Assembly (NCBI RefSeq): GCF_006345805.1
Contig: NC_042998.1
Span: 65,658,001-65,722,000, forward strand
Source of the DNA: Octopus sinensis
Lineage: Eukaryota
Reading direction: 5' to 3'
Length of the DNA stretch: 64,000 nucleotides
Below, in pieces: positions 1 through 12,690 of this stretch; the first letter of the stretch is position 1; each line of letters starts with the position of its first letter. The notes beneath the pieces are model-generated. The model was not told the DNA's origin and ran no database searches. It saw nothing but the letters and a program-made list of their open reading frames with translations. The position numbers were made by a program, and so were the translations under genes.

Positions 1-1771
1 AAATGATCAACAACTCAAGGGCTTACTAGCGATAGTCAAACAATTCAGTGACGACATCAGAATGCAATTCGGCCTCGATAAATGTGCAAAGGCTACCTTT
101 ATCAAAGGAAAAATGACAGAAACATCTAACGTTAACCTTGACCAACAGAATGTCATAAAAGAACTAGACCCAGCGGAGAGCTACAAGTACCTAGGGGTAA
201 TTGAAGGGAACGGAATAAGGCATTCAGAGATGAAGGAAAGGATCAGGAGAGAATGCTATCGAAGAGTGAGAGCAATACTCAAGACAGAGCTGAATGCAAG
301 AAACAGGATCGAAGCAATCAATGCATTGGCTATACCAGTCGTGACTTACAGTTTCAATATGTTAACTGGTCAATTACTGAAATATGTCAGCTCGACAGAA
401 AAATAAGGAAACTGTTGACAATGCATAGAATGCACCACCCTAAGGCAGATACAGAACGACTCTATCTGCCAAGAAAAGAGGGAGGCCGTGGTCTTTTGCA
501 ACTGGCAATAACAATGAAGATTGCTACAATTGGCCTAGACACCTACCTGAAAAACTCTGAGGACTGGATGTTAAAACTTGTCTCAAAACATGAAAACAAG
601 AAAGCATCATACTCAGTCACAAAACAGGCAAAGGAATATCTAAGTGAATTCCGAATACAACCAATTTCGGAATTAGAGATAGACATACAAGAAACAAGCA
701 CAGAAAAAGCTAGGCGCATGAAAACCCGTGCCAAAACTGCGGCCTTAGATATTCTGAATAATAAATGGCAAGAAAAACCTCTCTATGGCAAATACCCAAA
801 GAGAGCGAATAATGCAGATATCGACAAAGCCCTGACCCATCAATGGCTAATGGCCTCTGGCTTAAAATCTGAAACAGAGGGGTTTATCATAGCAGCTCAA
901 GATCAATGCCTACCAACAAGAAACTACCAGGCCAACATATTAAAGATCAGAAGCAGTCCAACGTGTCGTGTATGCAAGCAACAAAATGAAACCATTGACC
1001 ATGTGGTCTCCAAGTGCAGTCTTCTAGCGCCTACAGAGTATCTCAACAGGCACGATAGAGCTGCACAATATATTCACTGGGTAATCTGTAAAAACCTGGA
1101 TTTGCCCCATGAAAAAAACTGGTGGGAACACAAACCACCCCCAGTGCTTGAAAATGACCACATCTCACTCCTCTGGAACTTCACCATTCAAACTGACAGG
1201 AAGATAGATGCAAATAGGCCAGACATCATATTGAAAGACTTCAAACAAAGAACATGCCTCCTCATTGATATGACTGTCCCAATCGATATAAACGTATCTG
1301 TCAGGACCTACCAAAAACTGAGCAAATATAAAGATCTTGAAATAGAAATCAGCAAAATGTGGAAGCTGAAGACTAAAACAATACCTGTTGTCATAGGTGC
1401 CCTGGGAATGATAGCAAAAGGGGCTGATAGCTACCTAACTCAGATACCAGGAAACCCAAAAATGGCAGAAGTTCAAAAGATAGTGCTCATGGGAACTGCT
1501 CATATCCTACGCAAAATACTCTCTATGTAACCTCAAGGTTTAAAACAACCATAATTTTCGGTTTAAAAAAAAAAAAAAAAAAAAAAAAAACTTTTTTTTT
1601 AGACATTCATTAGTACAACATCCCCACCCCCCAAATATATGGCACACTAGGCATAACAACAACATGAACTTCCAACCCTGTTGTCTCTTGAGGTCTCTGG
1701 GTGAGACTTGGAGCCAACTTGTACAAATATAAAGCAAAAGTCAAACATAGAATAATAATAATAATAATAAT
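1..1771 (+). mobile_element. R4/Dong-clade non-LTR retrotransposon (RT + C-terminal restriction-like endonuclease), 3' portion, cut by window start
   Basis: Translation gives late RT motifs (FSDDIRMQFGLDKC, YKYLG, LYLPRKEGGRGL), a CCHC knuckle (CRVCKQQNETIDHVVSKC), RHD, and PD-(D/E)xK RLE motifs (RPDII..LIDMT..KLSKY). A ~220 bp 3'UTR follows, then an (AAT)n tail at 1751-1771. Dong elements are known to target (TAA)n. Confidence 0.92.
2..1530 (+). pseudogene. RT-RLE ORF of the Dong element, ~510 codons with one frameshift near 360
   Basis: ORF 62..406 (open from nt 2) and ORF 253..1530 join into one R4-type protein if 1 nt is restored near 359-361. No other lesions seen. Confidence 0.88.
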
Positions 1772-2339
1772 GATAGATGCAGTACCAGGCAGTGGCTCTC
1801 ATGGCTTCTGATCTTAACTGATTGGAAGTGTTATCGTGTACATTGTTTTATCTTGGTATAAAAGATTGGCTACAACAAATATTCTGCTCAATACCACATA
1901 TTTGCTTTTCAGTTGTTTGACCTTAACAAGTTGAGCATGTCCCTTAGTGGCTGATGATATCTGCATCTCTGATCACGAGCAGAAGTTGTGGGGGAGCATC
2001 ATAGCCATGTGTTGAGAGGGATTCTTTAGGGTTTGAATAATTCACCTCTGGAAACATGGGTGGTTCTTTCAACATCCTTAAACAATCCATATTCAGGGAC
2101 CTTTTGAGCGGGATGGGCTACTCAACCTGAAGAAAATTCTAACTGGGCCCCACCTGCAAGGTTATGTGCTATTTATCTTGATATGAGATCACCATGTCGC
2201 GCACATATGGTTGTGATGCATGTCCCTGGTGTACCCTTATCAGACGGGTAGTCATGATGGGTATATTGGGCATCGTATATTTTACCCCAGTGTCACTTTG
2301 ATGGCATGCACTGCTATCTCACTCAATAATATAATAATA

Positions 2340-2379
<40 letters not shown>

Positions 2380-2380
2380 T
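1772..2380 (+). mobile_element. Unclassified ~550 bp non-coding retroposon-like segment ending in an (AAT)n tail
   Basis: Complex sequence bounded by (AAT)n on both sides (1751-1771, 2325-2380). No ORF. Looks like a 5'-truncated 3'UTR or a Dong-dependent non-autonomous element. Confidence 0.5.
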
Positions 2381-2429
2381 TTATATTTATACCTACCTCT
2401 GATAATTTACTTGTTTACGCCACGCACAA

Positions 2430-2430
<1 letters not shown>

Positions 2431-2504
<74 letters not shown>
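2431..2504. repeat. Compound (CA)n(TA)n microsatellite
   Basis: Seen directly. Confidence 0.95.
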
Positions 2505-2507
<3 letters not shown>

Positions 2508-4747
2508 TTGGATAGCCACACCTACCCACTCACACACACATATACTCACATGCACCGCATATATAAATCAACGTTAACCTGAAAGACATATCTGAAGGTG
2601 ACACTTTTCGCTATGGGTACAAATGTCAAAGAATATTGAAAATATGCATTAAGTGTCTGAAGTTGGGATTTTCTGAATTTTCTATTGTAACTGTAAGGAC
2701 CAAAGTGTTAAGCGCTATATAAAGGAATCTCAACTACCATTAGAATTGCCGACATTTTATTGAGACAATATTTCGTACGATCTATATTACTGATCTGCTT
2801 TGATACAGAAGATAGATATTTTTTGCCTGTATTAATTTTTATTATCTCTATAGCTAATGGACGCGATTTATTTCGATTAGTTTAATGCAGCTATATGAAT
2901 GCATCCAAAAATCGTATATTTCTAGTTCTATATATGCTATATAAAAATGACAGGTTAGAAAATCTATTCAAATATTGAAAAGAAATTAGGCTATTTAGTT
3001 AAATGTGCTTTACGTCTCATTAAAGGCATGTTAGAATGTAATATGATTTTAAGTATAATATCTTAATCTCGTATGGAAATGTTGAAAAACATCATTGCAC
3101 AGAGTTACCAAAGCTTGTCTATGAACTGTAAAAAGTATAATATTTTACCATATTGAGAAGCACAGCGGCCTCATCTTTCATTATATCTATTTCAATAGCA
3201 AACATTTTAGCAGAGATATATCAAAGTTTAAGACAATCGGGGCATTATCCTTTGAATTGGTTTTCAATATTTGATTGCTTTCAATCAATATTTATCGTAC
3301 ATATTCTTGTTGGGTTGATTAGAAATGTATGTAACTAATTTTTGTTTCACTTCATTTGTAATTAATTTGATATTTAATATTGTGATTTTGTGATTTATTT
3401 ATATTACTTCTGAACTTCTTAAAATTCACCATATGTAATATAGATTATTTATTGTAGAAAGGGAGGGTCATTATACCAGTAAGAAAGACACACATTAGGT
3501 CCATTTCGTATATTATTATTTGCTCGTTAAATGGTTAAACACTTAACTATTACGAAATCGACCGTGTGATTAATTGTTCGTTAAAGTCTTTGTGTCACAA
3601 TTCTATAGTTGATAAATTATATTCCCCTTCTACTCCATGTCTACTTCAGATTTATATTGTTTATAGGAATTGTAGTAAATTATTATGGAAAGGTTACTTT
3701 ATGAACTTGAAGATAGTATGTTCATTGGTGCTTCCTCGTTTGTAAATGTACTCCGAAATCATTTCCAGAAACAAGTCCACGTAACTACAAGTTATCTCCC
3801 GACAAATATCTTTAATCGTATAAAAGGAACTGTTATAGAATAGCTTAGAATAGTTAAAGGCAAAGTAGGTTATTTTCTATGGATAAAGAAGACCTTAATA
3901 TAAATGGCCGGGGGAGAGAAATGCATGAGGATACAAGCATTTATACAGGACGAGAGGGAGACGCAAAATGCGTGTGGATGTATCTATTATCTCCATTTTT
4001 AGTTTTTTCAAACATTGTACTGTGTTCATGCTGGAGCTCTATCCCGAAGGATTGACACCAGTAATTACCGTTTATATATTTCTTATTCTGTCAGATTCTT
4101 TGGCAAACCGTTACGTAACTGAGATTATAACAACCAATATTGGGTGACCAATTACTACTGCGAGAGACAAACACGGGCACACAGACGCACTGGCCCATAT
4201 ATATATATACATATGTATGTGTGTGTGTGTGTGCGTGTGCATGTGTATGTGCGTGCGTGTGTATACACACGCGCATACACAACAGAATTTGTTTCCTAAC
4301 CACAATGGTTCGGTTTCAGTCACACGGCATAGCACGTTGGACTGCTGTCTTCTACTAAAACTTCGGGTTTATCAAAGTCGGGTGAGTGGGCTTGGTAGAA
4401 AGAAACCCGTCAGTATACGATATACATCTCACTTGGATATTTACTACTTCCGAAGTTCTCCGTTATTAAACGTATGTAACCCGGACTTTCTCTACTCCAT
4501 TCTTTAACACTTGTATTCTTATTTGCTTGCCCGGCAACACTGGCTGCCAAGTGTGAATTGTAAAATAATTTTGTTCAGCTTATTCTACTTGGATACAGGA
4601 AAGATTTACAGCCTTCCGCACCAATAAACTGCTATTGTTCCCGAAAAGTGATTTTTTATAAATATTTTCTACGGTTTTCTTGAAGCTCATTTCCTTCCTA
4701 CACCTCGAAACTTGGATATATCTATCTATCTATCAATCTATCTATCT

Positions 4748-5225
4748 AAAAAAAAGATGGGTGAATGTAGCAAGGATGGCACGTATGAATGACGAAGCCA
4801 CCTTGACTATGATTCTATGAACCGTAAAAATTAATACAGAGAGTTGCTTATTTGCAAAAAAAAAAAAAAGAAATATAACATGTGACTTCATTGACCGAGG
4901 TTACCGTGGTCTTTTCCGTAGGCTTTTCTTTCCACGGGTAAACATCACCTGTCCTCCCCTTTACACTTCATATTGACATTTCTGTGATAACGAATCCTAT
5001 TGATCAATTTTTTTCCTCTCGCCCTTTTTTTTTAACCCCCCCTTTTTTGTCCTCTTTCTCTCCTTTTACGATCCCTTTTGATCGACCCCCCCTTTTTTAT
5101 TTTATTTTATTTTTTATTTTATTATTATTATTATTATTATTTTTTTTTTTAAACCTTCAAAAGAAAAGCTCTACCTTGTAATTTGTTCTATCTGTGTGCA
5201 GCCCTGTGTGGCTAATAAAGAAACA
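4748..5225 (+). mobile_element. 5'-truncated Tx1/L1-like LINE 3' end (last ~23 codons of ORF2 + 3'UTR), flanked by (TATC)n
   Basis: KRWVNVARMARMNDEATLTMIL* (stop 4818-4820) matches the ORF2 end of the copy at 47.2 kb. The 3'UTR ends AATAAAGAAAC + (TATC)n at 5226-5335. (TATC)n also lies upstream at 4718-4747. Confidence 0.75.
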
Positions 5226-5333
5226 TATCTATCTATCTATCTATCTATCTATCTCTCTATCTATCTATCTATCTATCCATCTATCCATCTATCTATCTAT
5301 ATATCTATCTATCTATCTATCTATCTATCAATC

Positions 5334-5389
<56 letters not shown>

Positions 5390-5426
5390 ATATATATATA
5401 TATACATATATATACACATATATATG

Positions 5427-5640
5427 CGTGTGTGTGTGTATCTGTACACTCCCCTGCCCCCATCCCCTGACAACCGATACTGGTGTATTTATGTCCCCGA
5501 AACTGAGTGGTTCGGCAAAAGAGCCCGATGAAATAAGTACTAGGCTTCCAAAGAAGCTTGATTTCTTCGACTAAAACCCTTTAATTTGGTGCGCCAGGGT
5601 GACTGCAGTCATATATATGATTGAAAAAAAATAAGAATGA
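5427..5640 (+). mobile_element. SINE family A, 3' half (diverged)
   Basis: Shares GACAACCGAT..GGTTCGGCAAAAGAG..AATAAGTACTAGGCTT..CGACTAAA with the full copies at 50.7-51.1 and 56.2-56.6 kb. Confidence 0.8.
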
Positions 5641-5662
5641 AATAACAAATAACCAAACAATT

Positions 5663-5810
5663 AATGAACGTACACAGGGGATGTTGTAGCTTCACACTCA
5701 GTAATGGCGGAGAAAAAGAGATGGATTTTTTACGTTTCGGGTATAGATCTTCGTCAGAACGAGGAGAAAGGAACGGTCAGTAGAAAGATAAATACGACGT
5801 TCTTCCACAG
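5663..5810 (-). mobile_element. Penelope-like pLTR fragment with minimal HHR-like motif (5727-5760)
   Basis: Minus strand TT-CTGACGA-AGATCTATACCC-GAAA-CG-TA-AAA. Core intact, stem II mispaired. Confidence 0.55.
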
Positions 5811-6958
5811 AATTTCAGCCTCTAAATTCTCTTGTAAGTTATAGTATAGTAGGCTCTGGTCCCCTTGGCGCTGCTCTGCGAGACTAAGGAGGAAACCATG
5901 CGGTCGTCAAGTAAGATCCTTATCCAAAGATAATTAAATACCTCAACTACGATATTTCTTCGCCTTTAATTTAGTTCGGTTCTATATTTATGACTCCTTC
6001 ATCAGAAACTAACGAATTCACCGCTTACAGTTTCGGAAATATTCTTAGTGTTGATGATTTATAACGCCCGTAAAACTCTGAAATATAGATATCCTTAGTA
6101 AAAGTTATTATTTATGAAAACGGAAAATAAGTGGTATTTCGAATATAAATTAGTGTTTTTTTAAACATAATATCTATATTATTTTTTACAAAAATTTAGT
6201 TATAAAAAAATTATTTAATGAAAATGCAAAATTGCCATCTATGATGTGATCGAACATAGAAATAATAGGTCATGGGTGTATATGTATATTTCAAGGGCTA
6301 TTGCTCTTTCATCAGAACTTTCATGTAGCAATTATCCACACACATATCTTCATATTTACAACGTTTAGTCCTGTAGCACAATTAGATAGATCAATTTGTG
6401 TATTAAAACACATTTCTGGCAACTGGTAGAGAATATTTAATTGCTAACAAACGAACATTATTTTATTTATACCATGAAGTATACTTGAGATTTACACGGG
6501 ACTAAGGGTTAGAGGAATGCTGGTGAAACAGCAATAATTCCTGAAATATGCATATACATCAATTACATGTTTTTTCTATTTACGATCAGATTGTTGACAT
6601 AGACATAATCGTTTACGAAACACCGTAATTTGCAGTGATATCTCCGAATGCTATAGGAAATGTACAGATTAACTGAAATGTAAAAACATCGCATTTCAAC
6701 ACATGGTAAGGTTTAATACTGACTGTAATATTCTTAGTAATATATTATAATCGCATAAACGGAACGAAATACTCTTGACTTGGTAGCAATTAGCTGTGCG
6801 TTCGCACGAGTGTGTATTTTTAATATCATCTGGGAAATAAACTTATGGCTTGCTTTACGAAGCACCTCTATAGCTATCGGCTACCATATGCTATCGTACA
6901 GTATGTATTCTCCTTTTACTGAATAAACGATTGGAAATTGTTCATAACCATGGTTGTC

Positions 6959-7005
<47 letters not shown>

Positions 7006-7014
7006 TTGTGTATG

Positions 7015-7068
<54 letters not shown>

Positions 7069-7076
7069 ATATATAT

Positions 7077-7110
<34 letters not shown>

Positions 7111-7419
7111 ATAAATATGTCATGTTTTAATCCAAAACATTACAATGTTTCTATACATTAGTATCAACTGGTAATTTCACACATCTTGCATATTCATTCA
7201 TTAATATGATCCAACAATAGTTGTGTAACTTCAAATCTTCAGGTGAGTGGATTCGCAAGCACCCTTGGGACGCCTATAAGAGAGAAATATATAGTTTCCC
7301 ATTCTTTCATAAACCAATTCTAATTTTGACATTCCTTTGTCAAAGAGCAACACGTAAACAGAAAGCGATACAAATGATGAAAAAATTCCAAACAAATTAA
7401 TAGAAATAGAAATCAGATA

Positions 7420-7570
7420 CGTTATTTACATTTGACGGATATTTGTCCTCATCTTGTTTGTTGTTCACTCAACGTTTCCGCTGATATACTCTTCCGGCTT
7501 CTTAAGGTGTGTTGAGGATAGTTTGAACCTCGGTCTTCATTCCTAAGCCATATTTTATCATATTGACACT
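7420..7570 (-). mobile_element. Penelope-like pLTR relic with decayed HHR-like motif
   Basis: Minus strand CTTAAGA-AGCCGG..TATATCAGC-GGAAACGTT. The same family's tail (GTTAACAACAAACAAGATGAGGACAAATATC) recurs on + at ~42440-42490. Confidence 0.45.
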
Positions 7571-9742
7571 AATGGTGCCTAGAGCATCATTATTAAACAA
7601 AGATCTTTATTGTAACGTTATTTATGCGGAAGTACTAAATGACCTATCTACATGCGTTGTAGTCTAGAATAAACGGTTTTCTTTTATTGGTAAAATATGA
7701 TTCTAACGTGAATCTATTTACTGGAGAGAAGCGGTGTGCGTCCTTGCAAAGACATTTTTTTAAAGATATTGGTTTTTAAAAGTACGTAATAACGAGTGCT
7801 TGCAGGAAATATTAAGAAAGTATGTGAAAAGTGCAAGCTCAATTAGTGGCTGATGCTTAGAGATGGATGTAAAAAGGACTATGGAACTTATTAACTATGT
7901 GTTGAAATTTTCATATAGTAAAATGTACTAAATTATAGGTATATATTACAACCTATGTACTTTTTCTATGTGTAAATTATTTATTGGGTGATTGGGTGAA
8001 AAAAAAAAGGAAACAACCATGGTGAAGGGTAAGAAGGAGGATAGTAAGAGTCAGATACAGATAGTTAGAGATTGAATATTCGGGAATATTATAGCGGTAA
8101 GTTGATTTGTAAATTGATTTTTTTTTATTTGTTTGGTTAGACTTAACCCAATTTCAAGCGTAAAAAGCCAGACATTGTATGCAAAATATTTCAGCTTTGG
8201 TCTTGAATTTTCGTATGTACTAAAGAGATATCCATTGCGTTTTGCCTGGTAATGAGTACTAGTAGTAGCAATAGGGCGTCTATGCTCACTCTTGAATATA
8301 TAGATACACAATACAGATATGAACGAGGCTGATATATGGTTACAAGAGTTTTTGCTTACTAGTGACTACGCTGTGCATCTGTTCTTGTACGCCTAAAGAT
8401 ATCATTGTGATGTGATATCAACAATTTTGCTGTATCAGCGTGATTACTTGTATGTGCATATATTGCAATTCCTTGAAGAGAAATTTGAAAAGTTATGACA
8501 ATTAAATATTAACGTCTAATGCACCATATATAAAGAACAAGATGTTACTTTAAAAGAAATTGTTAGAACATTTACAAAATAAAATAAAAGCTATATAAAA
8601 ACATTATAAGAAATCGCAATGCGGATATAAATAGTAGCAACCCCTTTTACATCGGAATGTGGACCATAAGCATATAAGCGTATGTGATACAGAAAGTAGA
8701 ATATATGTATAGAGACACGCATAAAACTTTGTGCATAAACGTATTGCATTACGCTGTCTTTCATTATGCATTATGATACCATCAATACTGGAGACCAAGA
8801 AAAATGTTCTCTATATTCCCAGTACGAAATTTGTATGCACTCAAACACATCATTTTATTCAAACAATGCTGCTGAATATATCGAACTGCACAGCATCTCA
8901 TCTGCATTTTAGATGTAATTCTTTACTCTCGATTGCCTTTTCAATTGTATAGACTGTACCTAGAAATTTGGCATACGATGACAACACCGTTATAGTATTG
9001 CTCTGAATAAATATTTCATATAAATCACTTATATTCTTTTCTGTTTAATATTTCTACTTATGTATGCATTGAATTGAATTGTCTACTGCTATCTCTCCAC
9101 CTATTCCTCTCTTAATGCAGCTAGTTTCAATATTTATACACACTGCTATATAAACTGTATAACTAATAAACTGTCGACACTTTATGACCATAGAGTGGCA
9201 TATGTATTTATTTAAACATGGACATTACTGTGCAGAATTAGAATTTTGCCACAACACTTTAATTAGTTCTTCACGAAATATGTATTATTAGCAGCAGAAT
9301 AAATTTGGCCAAAACACACGATAACAATAATGTAAGAAAATAACTTGCATGCAGTCAAAATCGGCACAATTCTAACAACCATTTGTGGTTCATAAACATA
9401 TTTAAACGGGAAATCGAAACCTACAGCATAACCGATTACGCATCTATAACAAAGTACACACGTACACATACGTAAGTCTGTATGTATATTCAGAAACACA
9501 CACACGCACAGACGTACACACAAACACAAGTATATATATATATATATATATAAATTATTAGAGAGTTATCCACTATGTGGATAACTCTAGTGCTAAAAAT
9601 AGCTCCGAAGCAACCACAGAAGATCTGTTTCCAACTAGAATCAACATACATTTAACGGAAGGAAAGTGAAATACAACGAATATATATTCGTTTAATTTCC
9701 TTTACCTGTTTCAGTCATTTGACTGCGGCCATGCTGGAGCAC

Positions 9743-10166
9743 TTTTTTTCTTCATGTGTTTACATCCACTTGTTATTATCATTACATATGCTTGTATGTA
9801 TAACAACAATACTAGTAATAATAATAATAAATCGAATCGAAAAAAAATATAAATAAATTTATTTAAAAAAAAAAATATATATATATATACATATATATAT
9901 ACATATATATACATATATATATGTATATATTGTTATTTATTTCTATTAGTTTATTTATCTGTGTATTTATTATGTTTTCAGAATCCTCTATCGTCATATG
10001 TTGTGGTGTGTGTTAGTGCTCCATTTTAGTTTTCTATTTCTTTTTTATAAATTTATTTATATTTTTTTTCGATTCGATTTATTATTATTATTACTAGTAT
10101 TGTTGTTATACATACAAGCATATGTAATGATAATGATAAGTGGATGTAAACACATGAACAAAAAAA
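9743..10166. repeat. Inverted repeat, ~120 bp arms (9743-9862 / 10047-10166), ~185 bp spacer
   Basis: Arms are near-identical reverse complements. ORFs 9711..9914(-) and 9998..10210(+) share the peptide FIYIFFRFDLLLLLLVLLLYIQAYVMI. Confidence 0.9.
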
Positions 10167-10169
10167 TAA

Positions 10170-10543
10170 GAATAAACAAAAACAACAAAAACAAAATACA
10201 AATTACATGAACATATATAAACAGAAGATACAAATATTACAGGCATTCACCCACACAACACACAGTAAATAAACATAAACACATAGAGATATAAGCATGC
10301 GCAAATGAAGACATACAATAGAAATACAGAATGGCTGACGGTTAGTAAGGAGAGACACAAATAAGAAAGAAGAAAACAAAGGACCACTGATGCGGTCACA
10401 GGAGTGTGACGAAAGAACTCTGGCCGAAATAAGATTAAGATTAATGTAAAAAATAAATGACACTGAAGCAAAATAACACCAAATATATAGTGCGTGTGTT
10501 TTTATTGGCCCAACTGGCAAAATGACCATTCCGAAATATAACA

Positions 10544-10545
<2 letters not shown>
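10170..10545. repeat. Dispersed unclassified repeat family (also ~13080-13400 and ~28520-28650)
   Basis: Shared ACACCAAATATATAGTGCGT..AAATGACCAT..AACAATAT and GGACCAC..GGTCACAG..TCTGGCCGAAAT blocks. Possibly a Penelope-like 3' end. Confidence 0.6.
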
Positions 10546-10601
<56 letters not shown>

Positions 10602-11559
10602 ATATTAATATTAAGGAAGTTATTTCCGTGTCCACAGGGGAGAGAAATTCAATCTAGTAGTACTAACATGAATTACTCACTGTATTATATACACACAGAC
10701 ATATATATATAGGTTTAAGAGACAGAATCACCCTCAAGCAATTCAATCATTATTGAATGACATTATCCACAAAAGGTACATATAGGACTAAATGTTAAAA
10801 TTATGAAAATTAATACCTAAAATTCTTATTCCAAATTATTAAAATTAATACCTTCAATTCTTATTTAAAATCATATACTTTACTACGCGCGTTTCATGAC
10901 AACATATTCCTAGACATTACTGAAATACAATTTCTCTAAATACAATACCATATTAAAATGATAATTTTGCTAATCTTCAGGTCTAGCATGTATAAGCATA
11001 TTTTGCTATTTACATCATATATAATGACATGAAAACTAAAATTATATAACTAGAAGTTGTTGGAATAATTTTACTTTAGTAAATAATGAATAGAAATGTA
11101 GAATAAAAGTAGGAAGAAGAAATGTTAATAAAAAGAAATATTTACATATCTGTATGGTAGTTTTCTCTCCATGAATTAAACATGGCTACCAGCAATCGTA
11201 TAATCAAATATTGCGAGCTACTTCTTTTTTTTTGGGGGGGGGGAGATAATTCTTTTTAACATTTAATAGTTCTTAAAAGTTATTTTCTAATATTTATAAT
11301 AATAAATCAGGTGAAGCCAGAAGATAGTGTATGACGGGAATAGTCTTATTTTTCTTGGTTAATTTATTTTATTTATATGTTAAGTTTGATAAATAATAAG
11401 TTTCTAGGTCGGTACATATGTAAACTAAAATACTCAACTTATAATTTTAAAATACTAAACATTTTTGAAATAAGTAAATTCAGCAAAAATTAGTAAAAAT
11501 CAGGAAAATTATAACTTTTTATTATTTACTATTATGATATCGGATCCTGTTAAGCAAAC

Positions 11560-12498
11560 GCACGAAACTTTTGAAGTCGTTTCTGGTAAAAAGAAACTTA
11601 CCGGCAAAACGAACGATACAAATGTTGGTTAAGAAGCGTCATATTACAGAGCGCACAACGCCGCAAACAATGAGAACCAAGTTCGAATACCGGAAGTTAT
11701 TCAGGAAATTTCTAAAAGATGACTCGAAGTTCAAATAAATCAACTCGTAAATTGGCGCAACAATCTCATAAGGAGGATGCCATACCAACGGATATTGAAA
11801 AGTTTAAATTTCAAGCCAAATCATTTCACACGTGTACAACAATCAAAAGTAAACTACTACACATGTCTTTTGAATAGTAATTCTAACGCTGTGCTGCACC
11901 CATTCCAGTACATAATGTATGACGAAACTTTTAAATCTCCGGCCACATAAAATTATGAAACACATGGTGCAGGTGATAGAGAATCCTCACCTTGTGTATG
12001 AGCAGCCACTCCACAGACAAAAACCGACGTTTGGCATGCTCTTTCAAGGACACGCATCACTGCACTGATGAGGTTTAACAGTACTATGAACACGGAGATC
12101 GTTAAACGAATCTTGTGCTGAGCACACTAAAGGCGTATTTCTAGTAGGATTGGGTGACTCGCACTCTTTTTCTGGTGTCCATGCAGTGAGCCAATGTGAT
12201 CGCCATTGAGGAACGCACATTGTGCGAAAATTTTAGACCACCACATTTTTCTGACCTTTCAAAGTATGATTATTGTCTCTCGGAGCACTTGAAGAGCACG
12301 GTGTACGACTTAATTCCACACTTAATAGAGGAACTGAAGAAAAATATGACGCGTGCAGTCGCGGCCATCGATGCTATTATTTGATACATGGTGTACCTAG
12401 ACATTGCTAGAGGTACGTAACTGTGAATTGATGCTACAGAGAACCGTTTTCAAAATCTGCTATGATGCTGCGCCCTTCATGCTTTCGTGCGTCACTCT
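11560..12498 (+). mobile_element. Decayed IS630/Tc1/mariner-superfamily DNA transposon (mariner-like, D as third catalytic residue)
   Basis: Frameshifted motifs MYDETF, ENPHLVYEQPLH, VWHALSRTRI, and RPPHFSDLSKYDYCLSEHLKSTVY..IEELK, which correspond to FSDE / ENPH..E.PLH / VW / WPPRSPDL..D..LWG.LK..VY. Possible decayed right TIR near 12490. Confidence 0.75.
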
Positions 12499-12549
12499 CT
12501 CTCTCCCTCCCTCCCTCTTTTTCTCCACACACATGCACACACACATAGA

Positions 12550-12690
12550 TACATAGGAGCCCCTAAGTGGTAAACAAGGTGAAAAATAGTACTTAATACC
12601 AAAGGAAGAATAATATACTATTTCAAAATAGCCAAAATAAATTTCAAAAACAGTTAATCAACGTTCACATGACCGTTCTTCAGAAAGTTG
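12550..12690 (-). mobile_element. Penelope-like pLTR relic with degenerate HHR-like motif (12655-12686)
   Basis: Minus strand CTGAAGA-ACG-GTCA-TGT-GAAC-GTT, one A missing from GAAA. Confidence 0.4.
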
